49,973 bases of DNA, taken from the NCBI GenBank assembly GCA_002633005.1, contig NMRA01001024.1, positions 18,966 to 68,938 of the forward strand, in the 5' to 3' direction. Below the pieces are notes generated by a model. It was not told the DNA's origin and searched no databases. It saw nothing but the letters and a program-made list of their open reading frames with translations. Positions within the stretch are counted from its first letter, which is position 1; every line of letters starts with the position of its first letter. The position numbers and the translations under genes are program-made. Positions 1 to 12,029 of this stretch are shown here, piece by piece. Origin of the DNA: Phoronis australis (taxonomy: Eukaryota; Animalia; Phoronida).

Positions 1-160
1 AACCCAAACCCAAACCCTAACCCTAACCCTAACGCAACCCAAACCCTAACCCTAACCCTAACCTTAACCTAAACCCTAACCCAAACCCTAACCCACACCC
101 TAACTATCACCCTAAGTCTCATCCTAGCCTATAACGTAATCCTCGCCCTCACCCTCACCC
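1..160 (+). repeat. Degenerate telomere-type (CCCTAA)n tract
   Basis: Tandem CCCTAA units with CCCAAA/CCTTAA/CCCTCA variants, decaying towards position 160. C-rich strand is on +. Confidence 0.85.
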
Positions 161-310
161 AATACATGCACGTGAGTCTCGGAGACGTCGTTGCAAAAAG
201 TGTTCCATTAACCGGAAAATATAATGATGAGTCATACAATGATCAACCTTGAGCGCATCAGACATCTTATGTGTGCAATTGAACCCTCACACAAAAGACA
301 AATTAGAACC

Positions 311-1039
311 CAGTGGCGGATTTAGGGGGGTCAAGGGGGCCACGTCTGCTCCACTGTGCAATGAAGAAAATTTACTTCATTTTTTAAAGGAAATGGAACC
401 TGAGTGACGATGAAAAAACAGAAGCTGCTGGTAAGATGTGAATTTCAATCGAAGCCTGAGTGGATCACTCAGAAACTCATAATTCTCTCTTTCTCAATCC
501 TTAACTGACGATTTCCAAAGCAATCCCGTCATTATTGCCCGGCAACACGAAAAACGGATTTGGTCTTTTGGGCATTTGAAGACTATTTTAAACACAATAA
601 AATTGTTAAGAACCGATTGCACAAAATATAAAACGTGAAATAAGCATTACAAAAAGAAGTAGGTTTCGCGCGCAAACGCTGTGGACCATAAACAAGAAGG
701 TCTCTTATCACGTATCTAGTCGCTAAGTCGTGGTGGTGTAGTAGTAAAGCACGCGCGCTTTATCTGTCAGGTCGTGGGTTCTTCTCAGATAATTGTAGTT
801 TTTCTTGTTTGACACGTTCTCCGATTTTTTTTGCCTTTTTTCTTGGATAATTCTTCAGGAATCAAGGAAATTGCTGAATTTTAGAGGAAAAACAGAAAAG
901 TTTCCTGGGCGGGTGGGGAGCTCCCCTCCCAACCTCCCCCCATTCGGTGCTATGCGCATCTACAATCGTGGTTTGCGCAAATGCTTGCAACCGGACAAAA
1001 TGTTGGGCCCCCCGTTGTGATATCCTAGATCCGCCACTG
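311..1039. mobile_element. hAT-like MITE or composite remnant with CAGTGGCGGAT termini
   Basis: CAGTGGCGGATTTAG at 311 and its inverted copy CTAGATCCGCCACTG ending at 1039. No 8-bp TSD is visible. Confidence 0.45.
727..790 (+). other. tRNA-derived (SINE-head-like) remnant
   Basis: A-box-like TGGTGTAGTAG and degenerate B-box GGGTTCTTCTC at tRNA spacing. No complete cloverleaf. Confidence 0.3.
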
Positions 1040-2160
1040 TACAATAATCGTTATCCTTGTATGGAAACTATCGACTCCCCAGAACTGATTCGATCCCGTG
1101 ACTGAATCCTCGAGTCGGCTTTATCTGCAACTAAACTATTGTTGCTGTGGCTGTTACGTCACCTGTTCAGGTAAAATTCATCGGCTTGAAGATAGTAGGC
1201 CTGTGCTCAATTGAACTCTCCTCTTAGATGGGGGTAAACCTGCACGATTTATTTTTCAAAATACCAGGCACTCCTGAGTTCAATAACAAGGTAATATTAT
1301 AACTCGAAATACAACGATATAAGTTTTCCAGCATTACGATGATAAATTACATATTAATATGGATACGAAATATTGACAAGTAAATTTGCTTGTGAAGAAG
1401 CAAGAAAAGTGCTTGATGCATGTGTCACATTTGGAGTAAATACGGGCGTAGTCATTCGGAAAATAATTTTATCCAAGTAACATTCAAGTATACAAAACAT
1501 AGCATTATTTTCCAAATTGTATAACAGCGGATATTAATAGCCATGGTATAGGACATGGTTACATTAGTTGATAAGGCATGTAGGCTACAGTGGTAGGACA
1601 TGGCGTGTTGATGATTCAGCCAAGATCGCTAAAAACGGTGACATAGTTTCTGCTGATCTCAGTACTGAGTCCCGTGCTCTAAAAGACGTCCATAAATAAA
1701 TTCGCGGAGTCCTGGTTAATTTACTGTTTCTATTTTTGTCTGTAACCATTTTTGTTCGGCTTTGAACCGGTTTCAACTAGGTAAAGTCACCACGTAGACC
1801 TACTTAACTTTTCCAATGGTTAAAACATGTTATCAGGCTTCCTAAGGAAAACATTGAGTAAAAGACCACAACCTCAACTTTGATTTCAGATAATGAATGC
1901 AAGTAGCACGAGCAATGTCTGCGTGACCTACATGTATTGACCTCTCATTTGAAAGATTGAAGTGAAAAACACTATACAGGGCCGTAGTAGGCTGCAGGGC
2001 GAGGTGCACGTGTCCTCACTGCAGGGGGTGACCTGGGGCAGTTGACACTTTGTCTCCTATACATCTAGCACAGTCAACTTTTCACGACAAACTCGCAATC
2101 AAACAGTCGTGGTAGGGCTTTAATGATAACCATGTATGCAGTTCATATCAAACGGGTTAA

Positions 2161-2880
2161 GGTTACATATAGTGTAGGACCCTGGAAAATCTTAAGTCCA
2201 AATTTTGCTAATTGGGAACATAATATCTCAAAAATTGCTGATATGAGTCATATGAAAATTTCCGATTATGCTTCGTTCACTGTTCTCCAAAACTCTTTTA
2301 CGGAAATGTTTTCAACATATTCCACTTATCCATCAGCCTGGGGCTATCAAAAATACGACTTTTATGATTATTATCCAAAAACTAAAAAGTTGCATAAGAC
2401 GAATACGGCTAGAAAATTCTATGAGCGTTTTTAGATTGATAAAGTTGTTTTGCGGTCTGTGTGCCTTTCTTTTTTTGATAAATTTTACTGGATAGACATT
2501 GTCACGTGACCTTTTTATTGACCGATAAGTGAAAATTAGGACTTTTATGATTATCCTGAAAAATCAGTCGCATAAAACGAAACTGAAATAATATTTTTGG
2601 AAAATTGTGCGTGTTTGAGCTCTTTTCTTGAATATTTATAGCAAATATCAAATATTATTTGATCATGTTTTGATGCGTCTGCTGTTTTACTATCAGTGTA
2701 CCTTTCTTGTTCATCAATTTTACTATAATGACATCGTGAAGCAATCGAATTTAAAGCAGACTGGCAAAAAGTCACAAATCAAATTGTGCGGGATTTCTGT
2801 TTTTACTGTGTTAATATTTATAGTTTGAAGATATTTTACGGCCAGGACTTGTCAAAAAGGTCCTGCAATAACATTAACAA
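2161..2880. mobile_element. Non-autonomous DNA element remnant (TTAA-GG end, Kolobok-like)
   Basis: Starts TTAA|GGTTA and shows patchy similarity to 20558-21076. Right end not defined. Confidence 0.3.
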
Positions 2881-3239
2881 ATTCTGAAAATTGGGGACTG
2901 CTCTCAACTCGCCGTGGGATACCCCGTCTCTTATGCTCTCCCGGTTGCCCGTCAAGTATTTGCGAACTTTGTGCTCTAGTGGTAAAATTAAGAGGTAAGT
3001 AGGCGCCCAGAGCCCACCGCATCACCTTCATTACTTGGTGAGATTATGTAACTCCGCACGCTTCAAAGACTAATTACACGAACACGATGTTACGCAAGCA
3101 CTGATATTTTAATGAGCTGAACACTATGTACAGTGCGCACACGTGCATGCGTTAACGCAAACTTGAAGTGTGGGTTTCTTGCAAGCAACTGTTCTTATTT
3201 TTTAAAGTTAGCAAAATACTATGACCAGTCTAAAGATAG

Positions 3240-4088
3240 AGTGCTTAGTTACAAGATCCTCTTTTCCAAGTCACATGATCACGATTGAGAATTGTCAGCA
3301 GTTCTGTTTTGTCGATCCAGGTTTCGGCATAAGGTTGTGGGTCGAACATGGAAAGCGGGGGGCCATTGACCTTGCCAAAACAGCAAGCTGGATGTGGTTT
3401 CTAACAGCAAAGAAGAGCGAGAGTCTGTTACTATCCGATTCATTTCGCTGAATCCTCGTTGACATTCGGGTGTACTGCAAGGAAAAGTCTTAATACAGAG
3501 GTCCAGTTGTCGCAGACCACTTGGTAGTTTGTTTACCCTAACCGTTTCCTCCATTTCTATGAACTCGCGCATTCCTCTGATTGCCGATGTGGCAACCAGC
3601 CCAAACCGTTCGCAAATACGCCTGACTTCATGCTCGCCATATCTTATACCGGATCCCATCGGCCACGTTTTGGGTTCCAAGATGCCCAGACAAGAGCAAA
3701 ATGACTGCTCATCATTGTCAAGTAAACGCCGTTCCAAGTTCACAACAGCACTTTGGATAAACTGACCAGGGTGTATGGTCACGGTAGTTCTTTTAAGGGT
3801 TCCCTTCAGTTCCAGTGACCCAAACCTCTCCTCTTTAATGCATTTCAGTGCAGTGGCGAATGCCTGCCCGGGATTATCAATCATAGACTTGAGGACGCGA
3901 ACCGTTCGACGAATAAGCTTGTCTGTTTGCGCTATTGTTGTGGTTCTGCATTGTAGATCCATAGAAAGGCTTGGCAGTTCTTCTAGCACATCATGCATCA
4001 GCGCAAGATTCTGGATGTAGGTGGGACTTTCCAAGTATCGCAGTAATCCCAAACAAGAGCAACGCAGAGCGTTGAAATGCGCCCACAA
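3240..4088 (-). pseudogene. hAT transposase C-terminal fragment (KIAA1586/ZNF862-like)
   Basis: 269-aa ORF with LALMHDVLEELPSLSMDLQ and the hAT dimerisation motif TFPCSTPECQRGFSEMNRIVTDSRSSL. Frameshift near the C-terminus; 5' truncated. Confidence 0.85.
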
Positions 4089-4344
4089 TTACACCGTATA
4101 CGGTATCCTTCTAGGGTTGTTTATTGGTACCATAAAGTGGCCAGTAGAGGGCATATATGTAGTATGTTGTACTTTGCAAAATGGAAAGGCATGATCATTG
4201 TCTCCTCAATAGGCTAGGGGCAAAATGTGAGTGATCTTGATAATACATGCACATGCTATACATAAGTTGCTTAAAGCACCACAGAAACATAGAATTAAAA
4301 ATAAATTTACCAACATACGAGATTAGCACAGCATTAGAATGCCA

Positions 4345-5548
4345 TAAACAAATTTCTACTTGGAACTTTTCCTTCATAGTCACGAAGTAACACAAAGTAT
4401 ACACCTGAAGACCTATGAAAATACAGAGGTCAATGTAAAATACTAAAATTGCTACTAGAGGCATACCGGTAGTCAGAATCATCCTAAAGTCGTCATCGTC
4501 CGTTGTCAACATCACATAAATACATTTGCTAAATTTAGTAAAGATCCTGCAAACGGTTTGGGAGATACAGCCATGGGCGCAAAAAAAAATGCCAATAGGA
4601 GGCGCCACAGTAATCACAGTCATGGGAAATTCAGCGTCAACCGTCCTCTTCATAGTAAGAACATACATGCCAATTTTCACAATCATACTTAGAGCGGTTT
4701 GGTTGATAGAGGGGTGGACGCCAAAAAACTAAAAATGGCCACTGGGTGTCGCAAACTAGGTCGAATCCATCCGAAAACGGGAGGATAGCGTCATCGCACT
4801 AATAGGTGCCTACATACCAAATTTCATGAAAATCCGTTAAGGACTTGTGAAGATACAGAGGTAAACGTAAAAAAATAAAATTGCCACTAGGGGGCACACT
4901 GGTAGGCGGATCCGTCCAAAAGTCGTCATCGTCTGTTGTTAACATCATATAAATACACTTATTAAATTTCGTAAAGATCCTGCGAACGGTTTAGGAGATA
5001 CAGCCATAGGCGCAAAAAAACAAAACTGCCACTAGGAGGCGCCACAGTAGTCGAAATCGTCGGAAAATCATCGTCAACCGTCCTCTACATAGTAAGCATA
5101 TACATGCCAATTTTCACAATCATCCTTTGAGCGGTTTGGTTGATAGAGGGGTGGACGCACAAAAACAGACTCGAAAACACTAAAAATGGCCACTAGGTGG
5201 CGCAAACTATGTCGAATCCATCTGAAAACGGGAGGATAGCGTCATCTCACTAATAGGTACCTACATACCAAATTTCATGAAAATCCGTTCAGGACTTTTG
5301 AAGATACAAAGGTAAGCGTAAAAAAATAAAATTTCCACTAGGGGGCACACCGGTAGTCGGATCCGTCCGAAAGTTCGCACATGGCGTCTCATTTATGAAT
5401 GGAACATATGTGCCAAATTTCATGAACGTATGTCAAAGAGTTTTGGAGATAGAGCAGCGGACGCCGGACCCCGCCCGGACGGACGGACGGAGATGACGGC
5501 ATAATGCGTCCACATATAAATACACATGTATGTGGGCGCATGAAAAAT
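4345..5548. mobile_element. Helentron-associated (DINE/HINE-type) MITE with internal tandem array
   Basis: Seven ~145-bp subunits, a (CGGA)n microsatellite at 5476-5490, and a terminal 13-bp hairpin (5504-5516 / 5529-5541) followed by an A-run. Left boundary approximate. Confidence 0.7.
4420..5400 (+). repeat. Tandem repeat: ~145-bp monomers in a ~432-451-bp higher-order unit
   Basis: Blocks at about 4452, 4884 and 5335 are near-identical. Each monomer carries a CCACTAGRNGGC-type motif. Confidence 0.9.
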
Positions 5549-6779
5549 ACTTCGATCACTTGAATGACGGTTTCTGTCTTCACTGGCTACCGCCCACGTG
5601 TCAAAAACCAGAGCAAGCAGACTGCCGTTCAACACAGTTGGTGGCAACAATACATGTACGTGTATGTTGACGACACATATGCGTCACACTCAGCATAATA
5701 ATGTATTGTCACCCGAGCGACAATAGATCTGTATGTGTTGACGTTTACTTTGCAGCCCTATGAACAAAAACAAGAAAACAAAATATTAATAGTACTTTTA
5801 TTAAACAAATTTGCCGAAAGGACACATACAACGTAAACCATATAAAGTATACATGTAGATCAATTATTAGAAAATACTCAACACTGAAAGACATAATCAA
5901 ACCAGCAGCCAATCATAACAAGCGTATCATAATGAGAGCTAGCCACAGAAGGAAGAAAAACAATGTGCAACTCTCGTTAAATAACAAAGTTGCTTAAATC
6001 TCGTTATGGAAACTACGTCATAATCCGACCTTAATACTACAACCATTCTCTAAACGTTCCTAATCAAGATAAAACCATGTGTATTAATCGTATATTTGAC
6101 ACAACCATGTACAATCTCTGTCAACGAGGCAAGTAAGGTGATATAAACGAATGTTGCAACTTCTTTTTATTGGCTGAAATCTCACACACAAACACGTGTT
6201 CAAAGTCATCACAAACATCATCAATATCAACAGTAACATCATAATCAGAACCAAAGTCACATTTACAGACCTTTCGGTAGTTTTGTTTTGGAGACGGTGT
6301 CCCTCCCCAGAGCACCTATTACAAATCCCGCGATACGAGGGGAGGTTCTAAACTGGTACCTTTCAAAAACAACTAAGCTATAACTGAAAACATGATTTAC
6401 ATGTCTGGAGAGTTGAAAGACACCTTAACTCAGTGTTTAGTTGCAATGTTTTATCTCGCACAGTTGCTCTCACGGGAAGTACCCAAAAATTGCCAAAATG
6501 TAGCTGTAACAAGACTTGAAAGAGGCAAAAATGAATAATGTTCCCACAGCAACCACAAGATGGCGCACACAAAAATGGCTGTGGACATGAAGGTTGGTTA
6601 CTCATGTGTACAGTAGATGGCGCTTGGGAATGGAAGTAGCAGACTCCAGTCTGGTCATATTAAGAACCTTTGTGAATCAGAAATGGCGTGATCAGTGCCT
6701 GGATTTCCGTGTATTGAGGTCTTCGAGTTACATACACTCGTATGGTCCTCGAAGGTCTAAGTGGCTAGCACGCTCTCAG

Positions 6780-7200
6780 AATTTGATAGTAGCAATGAGC
6801 ATTGGTGATACCAAATGCGCTGTAACTAAACCTAAAGGAACACTGCTGTTACACGATGTGGGTGAAGAGACATGCACCCTATATGAAACTTTACAAGATG
6901 CGACTCGGGCACTTGTGCTGATGTTGTGGCCAAACTGACTACCTATTTCGTACCCAAAACTAACCCAAACTTCAAGAAGTTTTTCACTCAACAAAGCAGC
7001 TTGCCACTGGTTTAAAAAGACACTGACGCTTCAGTGCAGTTTTTTTCGACGCCAGTGCTGAAAATTAAAGTCAAACCATTCAAGGCTGTGTCCACTGATC
7101 TCGGAATGAAATCTTTGTCCGAGCCTTCGAGGGAAATAGCTCAACTTTTGTTTGAAGCCCAAGCCATGGAAATTACGACGAATCGGGTTGCAACCATGGA
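6780..7200 (+). mobile_element. Gypsy LTR-retrotransposon gag remnant
   Basis: KGTLLLHDVGEETCTLYETL...YFVPKTN resembles the K02A2.6-type gag motif. Contains stops and frameshifts. Confidence 0.6.
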
Positions 7201-7449
7201 ATGACGAAACGTTCTGAGAAACCTAAGTCTGCGCATGCAGTTTTCGAGAAGACCTATGCATGACATTTTACATGGATATGATGACCCTTATGACTGCCGT
7301 TTCTAGTGTTGTATGCTCTCGACAGATGACGCATGCTATCTGGTGATCTGTCTGTTAGTCACGTAAGTAAGACAGAAACTAAGACGCCAATGTTTCGTGC
7401 ATTTACCAGTAACAATTGCCTTCTATACATTGACAACGAGGATATGGTC

Positions 7450-7570
7450 ACGAATCCCCCCCTCTCCTGGACAAAACTGACATGACTGGTGGGGATTGGG
7501 AAAAGTGGATTGCTTGTTTTGAAAGAATCCTGATAGGTGTCGAGGTGGAGAACAAAAAAACGTTAAAGTA
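7450..7570 (+). mobile_element. Gypsy gag N-terminal remnant
   Basis: PPLLDKTDMTGGDWEKWIACFERILIG matches the PP...WxxWxxxFE gag start. Confidence 0.45.
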
Positions 7571-7573
7571 CAT

Positions 7574-8130
7574 TATTGAATGACTTCCCGAATGGAACAC
7601 AAGCAAGAAGTGTTCAGTCATGCCAAAGTCTTTGGCACCAATGATTGGCCGGAGACCAATGAGCATCTAGTTACGTATGGGAACGCCAACATAACATATA
7701 TGTTAAACCACATTGGTGAGATGCTCCCAGACCACGACATAGTCAAACAAGGATGGAGACAGACAAGAGCTATTGTAGGGAGTCAGGTACTATTAACTAT
7801 AAGGGCATCTGTTTGCGTAATTATTTTGTACTCTCAACAGTTTTTCATTATTTCATGAATTGAATGTTTTGTTATTTCTTATCTTGCAGGCTTCAGCAGA
7901 ATCCTCGTCTCAAGTTAAAACGGTTGTTCACAAGTCACTCAGGAGGTCCTGAAGAAATTCCAACAGGAGGTGTATGTTGTCTTGATGTTACCCGTGCCGA
8001 GTGCTATTTGTGAGAGAGGTTTCTCTGTCCTAAAGAGAATCAAAAGCAACTGAAGGAAGTCCCTAACAACAGACCAGATGAACAACCTTCTTTGTTTCTG
8101 TTCAGGGTCCAGATATCGAAACTTATGACG
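7574..8130 (+). pseudogene. hAT transposase C-terminal fragment (ZNF862-like)
   Basis: VFGTNDWPE..LVTYG, then LMLPVPSAICERGFSVLKRIKSN*RKSLTTDQMNNLL (hAT dimerisation domain). Possible GT-AG intron at 7787-7889. Confidence 0.8.
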
Positions 8131-8998
8131 CCTCACGAGCTGTCCATTTGTGGTGGACAAAAGCGAAAAGACAATCCTACTCTAGACCAGGAAGAACAGG
8201 AAGTAGATATTCTGAATATTTTGCAAGCCAACCAAAATTAACGTCTTACTGACTTTGGTTAAAACGACTAACCCATTTGAGAACAGTTAGTGATTCAGAA
8301 AATGTTTTAATCCTAAGAAGTGTTGTGTTTCAAAGACTGTAAGTGAAGAAATAAAATAATGGGATACTTAGATATTTCATTCTCATACTGCAGTTTATTT
8401 TATCAGCTTGTGACATGTATTAGAGCTCCCTCTCCAGTTTTAAAAATACTGCGTATTGGGTAGTAAGGCAGCACAGTATGCAGCCTTTCCACGACCGTGG
8501 GACCAGTCAAGCACAGTGCACGAAAACATCTGAATTACAGGACGCAATGCCACTACAATTAACAGGCAATAGAGACCGAGACAAAGTAGAGAAACAAAAG
8601 ATATAAAATAGTTAGAAGAAAACGTATCAAATGAATTAGCACCTGAAGTGTATAGCACGCACAAAACCTGAGGGGGTTAAGCACATATAGCCCTACGGTA
8701 AGACCTTACATACGTATACATAAGCTGTTTGAGATTAATATTACCTGGGGCATTGAGTTTGTTCCACAGGCACGAAAACATTTCAACTACTTAATTAATG
8801 TTGAGCCCTGTTTTCGTAATTCCAGTAATATCCTTTGTGTTTTAATGCAAAAAACAAACACTATAACCCATGCAAACAATCAAGGGAGTCCGTGGCATAG
8901 CCTTCTAGCGTTCTGTCTGGTCCACTCGTGAACGTGCAATTACGCATTCGCTATGCAGTGGTGGCTGATGTGTCCAACTTATACCATTATAAGGTAGC

Positions 8999-9740
8999 AT
9001 GAGACTTCGCTTCGTGTCAAAGAAATCAAATGTACAGCAAGCTGAGGTTCAAAACCTGCTGGATTGTGAGCATATGGGTGCACTTGATATCAAAGAATTT
9101 GCTGATGTTTACAATGCGTTAGGGGAAATTCCCGTTACGGTTGTCCTAAAGGTGAAACCACATGTCGACCCAGTGGACCAACCCTCTCGCCATATCTCCA
9201 TGGTATTCAGAGAGAAAGTATCAAGTAAACTAGATGCGACGCTGCGTAATGGTGTAATACAGTTAACCAACTCCATGGTGTAGTCCTATGCACGGAATTT
9301 GAAAACAACAGATTCCAGATTTAACAACGAGGCACTGATTGGAGATTACCATCCCATAAACACAGTGGAGAAAATACTAGAACGCTGTGGTAGTTCAAGC
9401 GTAATCAGAGTACTGGAAGCAAACGAAGTTTATGTACGATGTTGAAAAGCCATAGAATGACACTGCCTTTCATATGCCATTTGGTAGGTTTCGGTATTTG
9501 CCTTTGCCTCTGAGTACCAAGTCTACACCAGATGATTTTCCCTCGTGCGTTTATTGAAATTTTCTCAACAGAACCAGGGTAAGGAATGATCATGGATGAC
9601 TTTGTGATAGCTGAGAAATCGCTTGACATCACAGTAGAGTATATTGAGACACGCACACACACGGCTAGAGGCCAAGGCGAGACATTTTCGTTGCAGAAGC
9701 TCCAATTATTCAAAGAGAATACCAAGTACAATGGGGAGGT
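8999..9740 (+). mobile_element. Gypsy reverse transcriptase remnant
   Basis: EFADVYNALGEIP..VKPHVDPVDQPSRHI, FHMPFGRFRYLPLP and IMDDFVI (YxDD-equivalent), spread over several frames. Confidence 0.8.
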
Positions 9741-9845
9741 GTCTTCACCCTAAGTTGTGCAAATAGATGTGAACAGAATAGGTCAGTTCGAGTTTCAGTG
9801 CGCATGTACCGAAGCGTCGAGTTATTTTTGTGTTATTAGGCAAAG

Positions 9846-11524
9846 ATGAATCAATTCAGTGGACCGACTGTTCCCCAGTTACGAAAGTGGCTTAGGGAAC
9901 ATGGTATTACTGTGAATGGACGAAGAAATCTGGACGTAGTTATACTTTGCGTAGCAATGAATACATTGGATTTGGTGACTGACCCTGACATGGCTATGGG
10001 CAACTACTCACGAACAACGAAACAAACCTTAACATCGATCGGCTAGGGAAATGAAGAGCCATTTATGGACCCACCCTTGGACAATTATTTACCTACATTC
10101 CCAAATTAGGCCTGCATGATATTTTTAATTATTTGCTTTGTAGTATGGCCAAGTTTGACGAACAAAAGTTACGTGCGTACAAAAGTGCTGAAGATTACAC
10201 TCTTTGTAGATGGCAATGTTATGGAAACACCGCTGTGAGCGACAGTTCTGCAATTGGTTTATTTGTTTCCCATGTGGAACCAACTCAAAGAGCAAAGACG
10301 TACATGAAGAAGGAGTTCTACAGGGCATGGCTATTTATAAACAACAACCATGTGTCTGTTTAAGCTACATGGTGTAAGTGTCCAAGAGGGCGAGTTTAAC
10401 CACTGACTTGTCCACACCTGTTATCAATTAATATACGCATGGTATGTTTTTACTGATGTTTCATAATTGAACGCTTGTCAGGAAGGATCATAAACCAGTG
10501 TACTGGACTCCAGACTTTGATTTATCTGTTAAGTAGTGTTTTTTCTCAACACTATCAGATGAACATTGCAGCAAAAACTGTGATTTTTCATTACAAAGTT
10601 GATTGATGAAAGTGTTGGGAGCCACTCACTTGCCTTTGCAACAACAAAGAGTATTAAATTTTAAGTTAGTATGTGTTTTGCTTTGTTCCTTCTTAGCTCT
10701 GACGTGCTTGTCGACACATCCGTGCAATGACGTACGAGAACGAGGATTTTGAGCCAAGTTCCTGCACCGACAATCCTGTGCAATTGAAAAAGAGGGCACA
10801 TGATGCACCAACAACAGTTCTGCGCTTAAATGTCCTAAAAGCAAGGGATGAAATCAAATCATAATTACTATGTACTATCTCATTCTTCCACACTGTTAAC
10901 GTGTAAATGTGACCTAAAGGTCACTGCTTGTGGCATATCGTAAGTTATTACTTATTGTTTCAGGACATGGGATCAGTTGTGGCTTTCATGTAGACTGTTT
11001 CAGTTGACCTTCCCGCTCATCAAGCTCATGATTTGAGTCATCCGGTTGTCATCGAGATGTCCAAGCAAATGACTACTGATGAATTTCTAACATTTTCGTA
11101 GAGCCAGGAAGACCATTCTATTATTGACCATGGAACTCAGGGACAAAGTGCGACCGGACAGTGGTTTGATATGCGAAGAGACCGTCTGACGGCGTCTGTA
11201 TTTGGGTCAGTACTATCAAATAAGAACATTGATTCTGTTGTTAACCACGCTATGGGAATTGAGTCTGAAAAAATAAGTTCGTGAAGCTGCGTCTGGACTG
11301 GGGACAAAAAAGGGAAAGTTTTGCTAGAGATGTGTGCAGACGGAAGAATAAAATACTGCACAAGAGCTTGCACGTTCGTGAGTGTGGCCTAAAGCTGCAC
11401 AAGAAGCACTACATTACTGAGTGTTCTGTTGATGGGTTAGTGTCTTGTAAATGTCACTCAGAGAAGCTAACTGAGATTAAACGTTCCATTCACATTGAGG
11501 AAACTTCACCCCACTGCAGCTCTC
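9846..11524 (+). pseudogene. SAP + SWIM + YqaJ (lambda-exonuclease-like) ORF of an ISL2EU-type transposon, degraded
   Basis: SAP-like TVPQLRKWLREHGI; LRAYKSAEDY; SWIM-like CKCPRG..CRHI; YqaJ motifs TQGQSATGQWFDMRRDRLTAS, WGQKRE, ECGL, SVDGL, EIK. Many stops. Confidence 0.75.
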
Positions 11525-11528
11525 TTAA

Positions 11529-12020
11529 CGCATTTAAGCCCATTGTCCTTTAAAAAGGCAGCATTTTAAAACTCCATGAAACAATGGTGTAAACATACCG
11601 TGAGACGGTGATCATGAGGACTCCATTCTTGTACAAACGAGTTCTGTAGAAGTCATACCACCAGTGATGATTTCTATCCTATTTTTGACAGGTTTTCACT
11701 TTGAATGATGCCATTTGAATGTTAAATGAAGATCAACTCCAATGGGCTGATATTTTTATTGAGCTACTTAATGAAGGCAACAAAACTGATGAGGACAGTT
11801 CAGATGAAGACGTTATCGGTACTATAGACAAATTGCCATCCGACCTTTTGACTTCAGCTGCGTCAGTGACGGTCATGCAAAATGAAAGGAGACACTTAGT
11901 TGATGAGGAAATTGAAATAGCTACTGAAGATAATTATGAGGACAACATGCCTGCTGCACCTGCTCCAAAATAATCAAAAAGTACCAGCAGACCCAAGATA
12001 AAATGAACACAAACAGTAAA
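11529..12020 (+). mobile_element. piggyBac (PGBD3/MER85-like) 5' end fragment, copy 1
   Basis: TTAA|CGCATTTAAGCCC end, splice acceptor TTTTGACAG at about 11691, and acidic N-terminus ADIFIE..TDEDSSDED..GTIDKLPS.LL resembling PGBD3. Confidence 0.7.
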
Positions 12021-12029
12021 GAGGTCACT

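Noticed and set aside
727-790. Functional tRNA gene (likewise 41590-41660 and about 17885-17955)
   Set aside because: A/B-box remnants only; no complete cloverleaf could be folded.
4195-4686. 163-aa minus-strand ORF
   Set aside because: Runs through the non-coding tandem repeat and has no recognisable motifs.
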